Positions 62,039-64,000 of a stretch of DNA of 64,000 nt are shown piece after piece. The position numbers were made by a program, and so were the translations under genes. How positions within the stretch are numbered: position 1 is the first letter of the stretch; each line of letters starts with the position of its first letter. The stretch is from positions 67,936 to 131,935 of the forward strand of contig JAFOEU010000058.1 in NCBI GenBank assembly GCA_017387685.1, read 5' to 3'. The notes under the pieces are model-generated. The model was not told where the DNA came from. It saw nothing but the letters and a program-made list of their open reading frames with translations, and ran no database searches. The stretch is from Clostridia bacterium. GTDB lineage: Bacteria > Bacillota > Clostridia > Oscillospirales > CAG-272.

Positions 62039-62890
62039 TTAGATCGTTCCGGTTACGCGGATAACGGAGCTTCCGGGGATCACGGATACGATACCGGTGG
62101 TAGGATCGGTAACGTAGGTTGCCGCGGGAAGTGTTATTGCGCCGGGCAGGGAAGCAAATATACCTGTTGCTTCGTCGTAGGTGTAATTCACACCCTCGGA
62201 CCATACGGCACCGTTATAGGTTACGGTGATGTTTTCGAGGATGGGGTCGAAAATATCACTGACAACGAGGTCGGAGGTTACGGGGGCGTTGCCGCGGTTT
62301 TCAATGAGAAGGGTGTAGGTCACAGTGCCGTTCTCGGCTACGGTTTCGGGCGAGAGCGACTTGAGGATCGAGAGCAGAGGCGCGTTTGCGACACTGATCG
62401 TTTCCTCCGCGGTGATATCGCCGAGTGCGGAGTTGCCGGAAACGGTTACCGTATTGGTGATCGCAGATCCCGCTGTGAGGGGGGCGTACTCGTTGGGAAC
62501 TGCGTTATAGATGATAACGGCGTCGCCGCCCGCGGGAATCGAGATGCCCGAGAAGCTGAGGGGCGATGCGGTTATGATCGGGGGAGTGGGCTGAAGAACT
62601 CCGCCCACGTAGTAGAGGAGCGAGCCGAGGACGTAGTCGAGAGGAGTGACGGAAAGCTTATCGCTGATCGCGAACTCGCCGAGATCGTCGGTCAGGGTGA
62701 GCCCCGTGAGATTCGTTGCGCCCGAATTGACGAGAGCAACGGCATAGGTGATAACGTCACCGAGTGCGTAGTTTTCGTTTGATGCTGTCTTGGTTGCAGT
62801 AAGAGTCTGCAGTATTTCGCCGCTTACGGTGTTCGAGGATATCGAATTTGTTCCGTAGGTCAGCGTTGCGCGGTTGAAAAATGTTGCCAT
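62039..62890 (-). CDS. DUF11 (conserved repeat domain) protein, two repeats, no signal peptide
   Basis: MATFFNRATLTY start. It has two units of the type K....v..GdvitY.v.l.N.G.a..t...ltD.l. Confidence 0.6.
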   Translation of the reverse strand: MATFFNRATLTYGTNSISSNTVSGEILQTLTATKTASNENYALGDVITYAVALVNSGATNLTGLTLTDDLGEFAISDKLSVTPLDYVLGSLLYYVGGVLQPTPPIITASPLSFSGISIPAGGDAVIIYNAVPNEYAPLTAGSAITNTVTVSGNSALGDITAEETISVANAPLLSILKSLSPETVAENGTVTYTLLIENRGNAPVTSDLVVSDIFDPILENITVTYNGAVWSEGVNYTYDEATGIFASLPGAITLPAATYVTDPTTGIVSVIPGSSVIRVTGTI

Positions 62891-63012
62891 GGTTTTATTC
62901 CTTTCTCAAATTTAGACTTTGGATGTCCTTGCCATCCTCTAACATTATATGACGCTTTTCGCCAAAACGCGACAAAAGTTAAAAATATTGCTTCATTAAT
63001 TACTTATAGGTA

Positions 63013-63041
63013 TTGATTTTTGCAAAAAAAGCGAGTATAAT
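63013..63041 (+). promoter_or_regulatory. Promoter (TTGATT-17-TATAAT) for nagB
   Basis: -35 at 63013-63018 and -10 at 63036-63041. Confidence 0.55.
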
Positions 63042-63076
63042 ATATACTGTATAAAATTTGAAACGAGGTACACAAA

Positions 63077-63799
63077 ATGAAAATCATTGTTTGCAAAGAT
63101 TACGCTGAAATGTCCCGCCGTGCGGCTGACGTTTTCGTTGACTACATCAAGGAAAATCCCACCGGCATTCTCGGACTTGCAACCGGCTCTTCCCCCGAGG
63201 GCATCTATGAGTGCCTGATCGCGGATAACAAGGCAGGCAAGATCGACTTCTCCGGCATCAAGACCTACAACCTTGACGAGTACTATCCCCTTGAGCCCAC
63301 CCACGAGCAGAGCTACCGCTACTTTATGAACGATAAGCTCTTCGATCACATTAACATCGACAAGGCGAATACATACGTTCCCGACGGTAAGTGTGCTGAT
63401 CCCGATGCATTCTGCAAGGCTTACGACGAGCAGATCGCGGCAGCAGGCGGCGTAGGAATCCAGCTCCTCGGTGTTGGACGTAACGGTCATATCGGCTTCA
63501 ACGAGCCCGGCGACGAGCTTATCGGCGCAACTCACCTTACCTCTCTCTGCGAGAGCACCATCGACGCAAACTCCCGCTTCTTTGAGAGCCGCGATGACGT
63601 TCCGCGTCACGCTATCACTATGGGTATGGACGGCATTCTTTCCGCAGAGTGCATCGTTCTCGTTGCATCGGGCAAGGAAAAGCACGAGGCAATTGCGGCA
63701 CTTCTCAGCGGCAAGTACTCTACAAATATTCCCGTAACCCTCCTCCGTTCGCACAAGAACGTTTACATCTTCTGTGACGAGGCTGCTTACAACGGCTGA
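63077..63799 (+). CDS. nagB: Glucosamine-6-phosphate deaminase
   Basis: LGLATGSSP, YNLDEY and GVGRNGHIGFNEP signatures. Confidence 0.9.
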   Translation: MKIIVCKDYAEMSRRAADVFVDYIKENPTGILGLATGSSPEGIYECLIADNKAGKIDFSGIKTYNLDEYYPLEPTHEQSYRYFMNDKLFDHINIDKANTYVPDGKCADPDAFCKAYDEQIAAAGGVGIQLLGVGRNGHIGFNEPGDELIGATHLTSLCESTIDANSRFFESRDDVPRHAITMGMDGILSAECIVLVASGKEKHEAIAALLSGKYSTNIPVTLLRSHKNVYIFCDEAAYNG

Positions 63800-63803
63800 T
63801 AAA

Positions 63804-64000
63804 ATGAGCGAATTTTTCGACAAAGTTAAGCGCGAGGCGGAGACCGTTCTCACCGAGCTGCTCACCGAGGCTAAATTGAAGAAGGGCGATATCCTAGTCA
63901 TCGGATGCTCGACCTCCGAGGTTGCGGGCGGCAGAATAGGTAAGGATTCCTCCGCAGAAGCGGCTGAGGCTATCTTCGCGGCGGTCAAGCCTATTCTTGA
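63804..64000 (+). CDS. TIGR01440/UPF0340-family protein (N-terminal fragment, runs off the window)
   Basis: MSEFFDKVKREAETVLTELLTEAKLKKGDILVIGCSTSEVAGGRIG matches the GCSTSEV signature as I recall it. Confidence 0.6.
   Translation, partial: MSEFFDKVKREAETVLTELLTEAKLKKGDILVIGCSTSEVAGGRIGKDSSAEAAEAIFAAVKPIL

Noticed and set aside
62996-63988. 330-aa reverse ORF
   Set aside because: It is antisense to nagB and the TIGR01440-family gene. It also runs through the nagB promoter region.
1-64000. rRNA, tRNA and CRISPR arrays
   Set aside because: No intergenic region exceeds about 315 bp. I saw no cloverleaf-like or repeat-spacer structure in any of them.

Overview
The window is a gene-dense chromosomal segment, about 62 protein-coding genes, that reads like a Gram-positive anaerobe of the class Clostridia. 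The signs are GGAGG-type ribosome-binding sites, many near-consensus TTGACA-17-TATAAT promoters, lipoprotein and sortase-type signals, and an Rnf complex. I found no rRNA, tRNA, CRISPR array, transposase, integrase or prophage structural gene.

Content, left to right:
- an MFS-transporter/GH2 fusion
- a TIM-barrel isomerase with ktrBA
- a small HTH regulator
- an MBOAT plus DHHW-like pair
- a GLUG-repeat surface protein
- an HPr-like protein
- a lone type IIA topoisomerase B subunit
- several T/E-rich-linker lipoproteins carrying EEP, MBL or propeller-like domains
- a MATE/flavoprotein/M48 operon
- an rnfDGEAB cluster with no rnfC
- an orphan solute-binding protein
- an AraC-headed phosphoesterase operon
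- a tandem WYL-regulator pair followed by an RtcB RNA-ligase cassette
- a redox and housekeeping operon (bcp, ybaK, nitroreductase)
- a FucO-like alcohol dehydrogenase
- a RelB/ParE toxin-antitoxin islet
- a long operon mixing a glycosidase-like lipoprotein, trkAH, a GNAT, two Gfo/Idh/MocA oxidoreductases and a TIM-barrel isomerase
- an endonuclease I
- hydrolases, xth and a NUDIX gene
- a carbohydrate block (AKR, malQ, GH38 mannosidase, nagB)

The most interesting candidates are:
1. the WYL-WYL plus RtcB cassette with three uncharacterised small proteins
2. an MBOAT/DHHW pair in which both catalytic histidine motifs look degenerate
3. the rnfC-less Rnf cluster with a double-FMN-domain RnfG
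4. the MFS-GH2 fusion
5. a recurring N-terminal module shared by three lipoproteins

All family assignments rest on reading motifs by eye. No database search was run.
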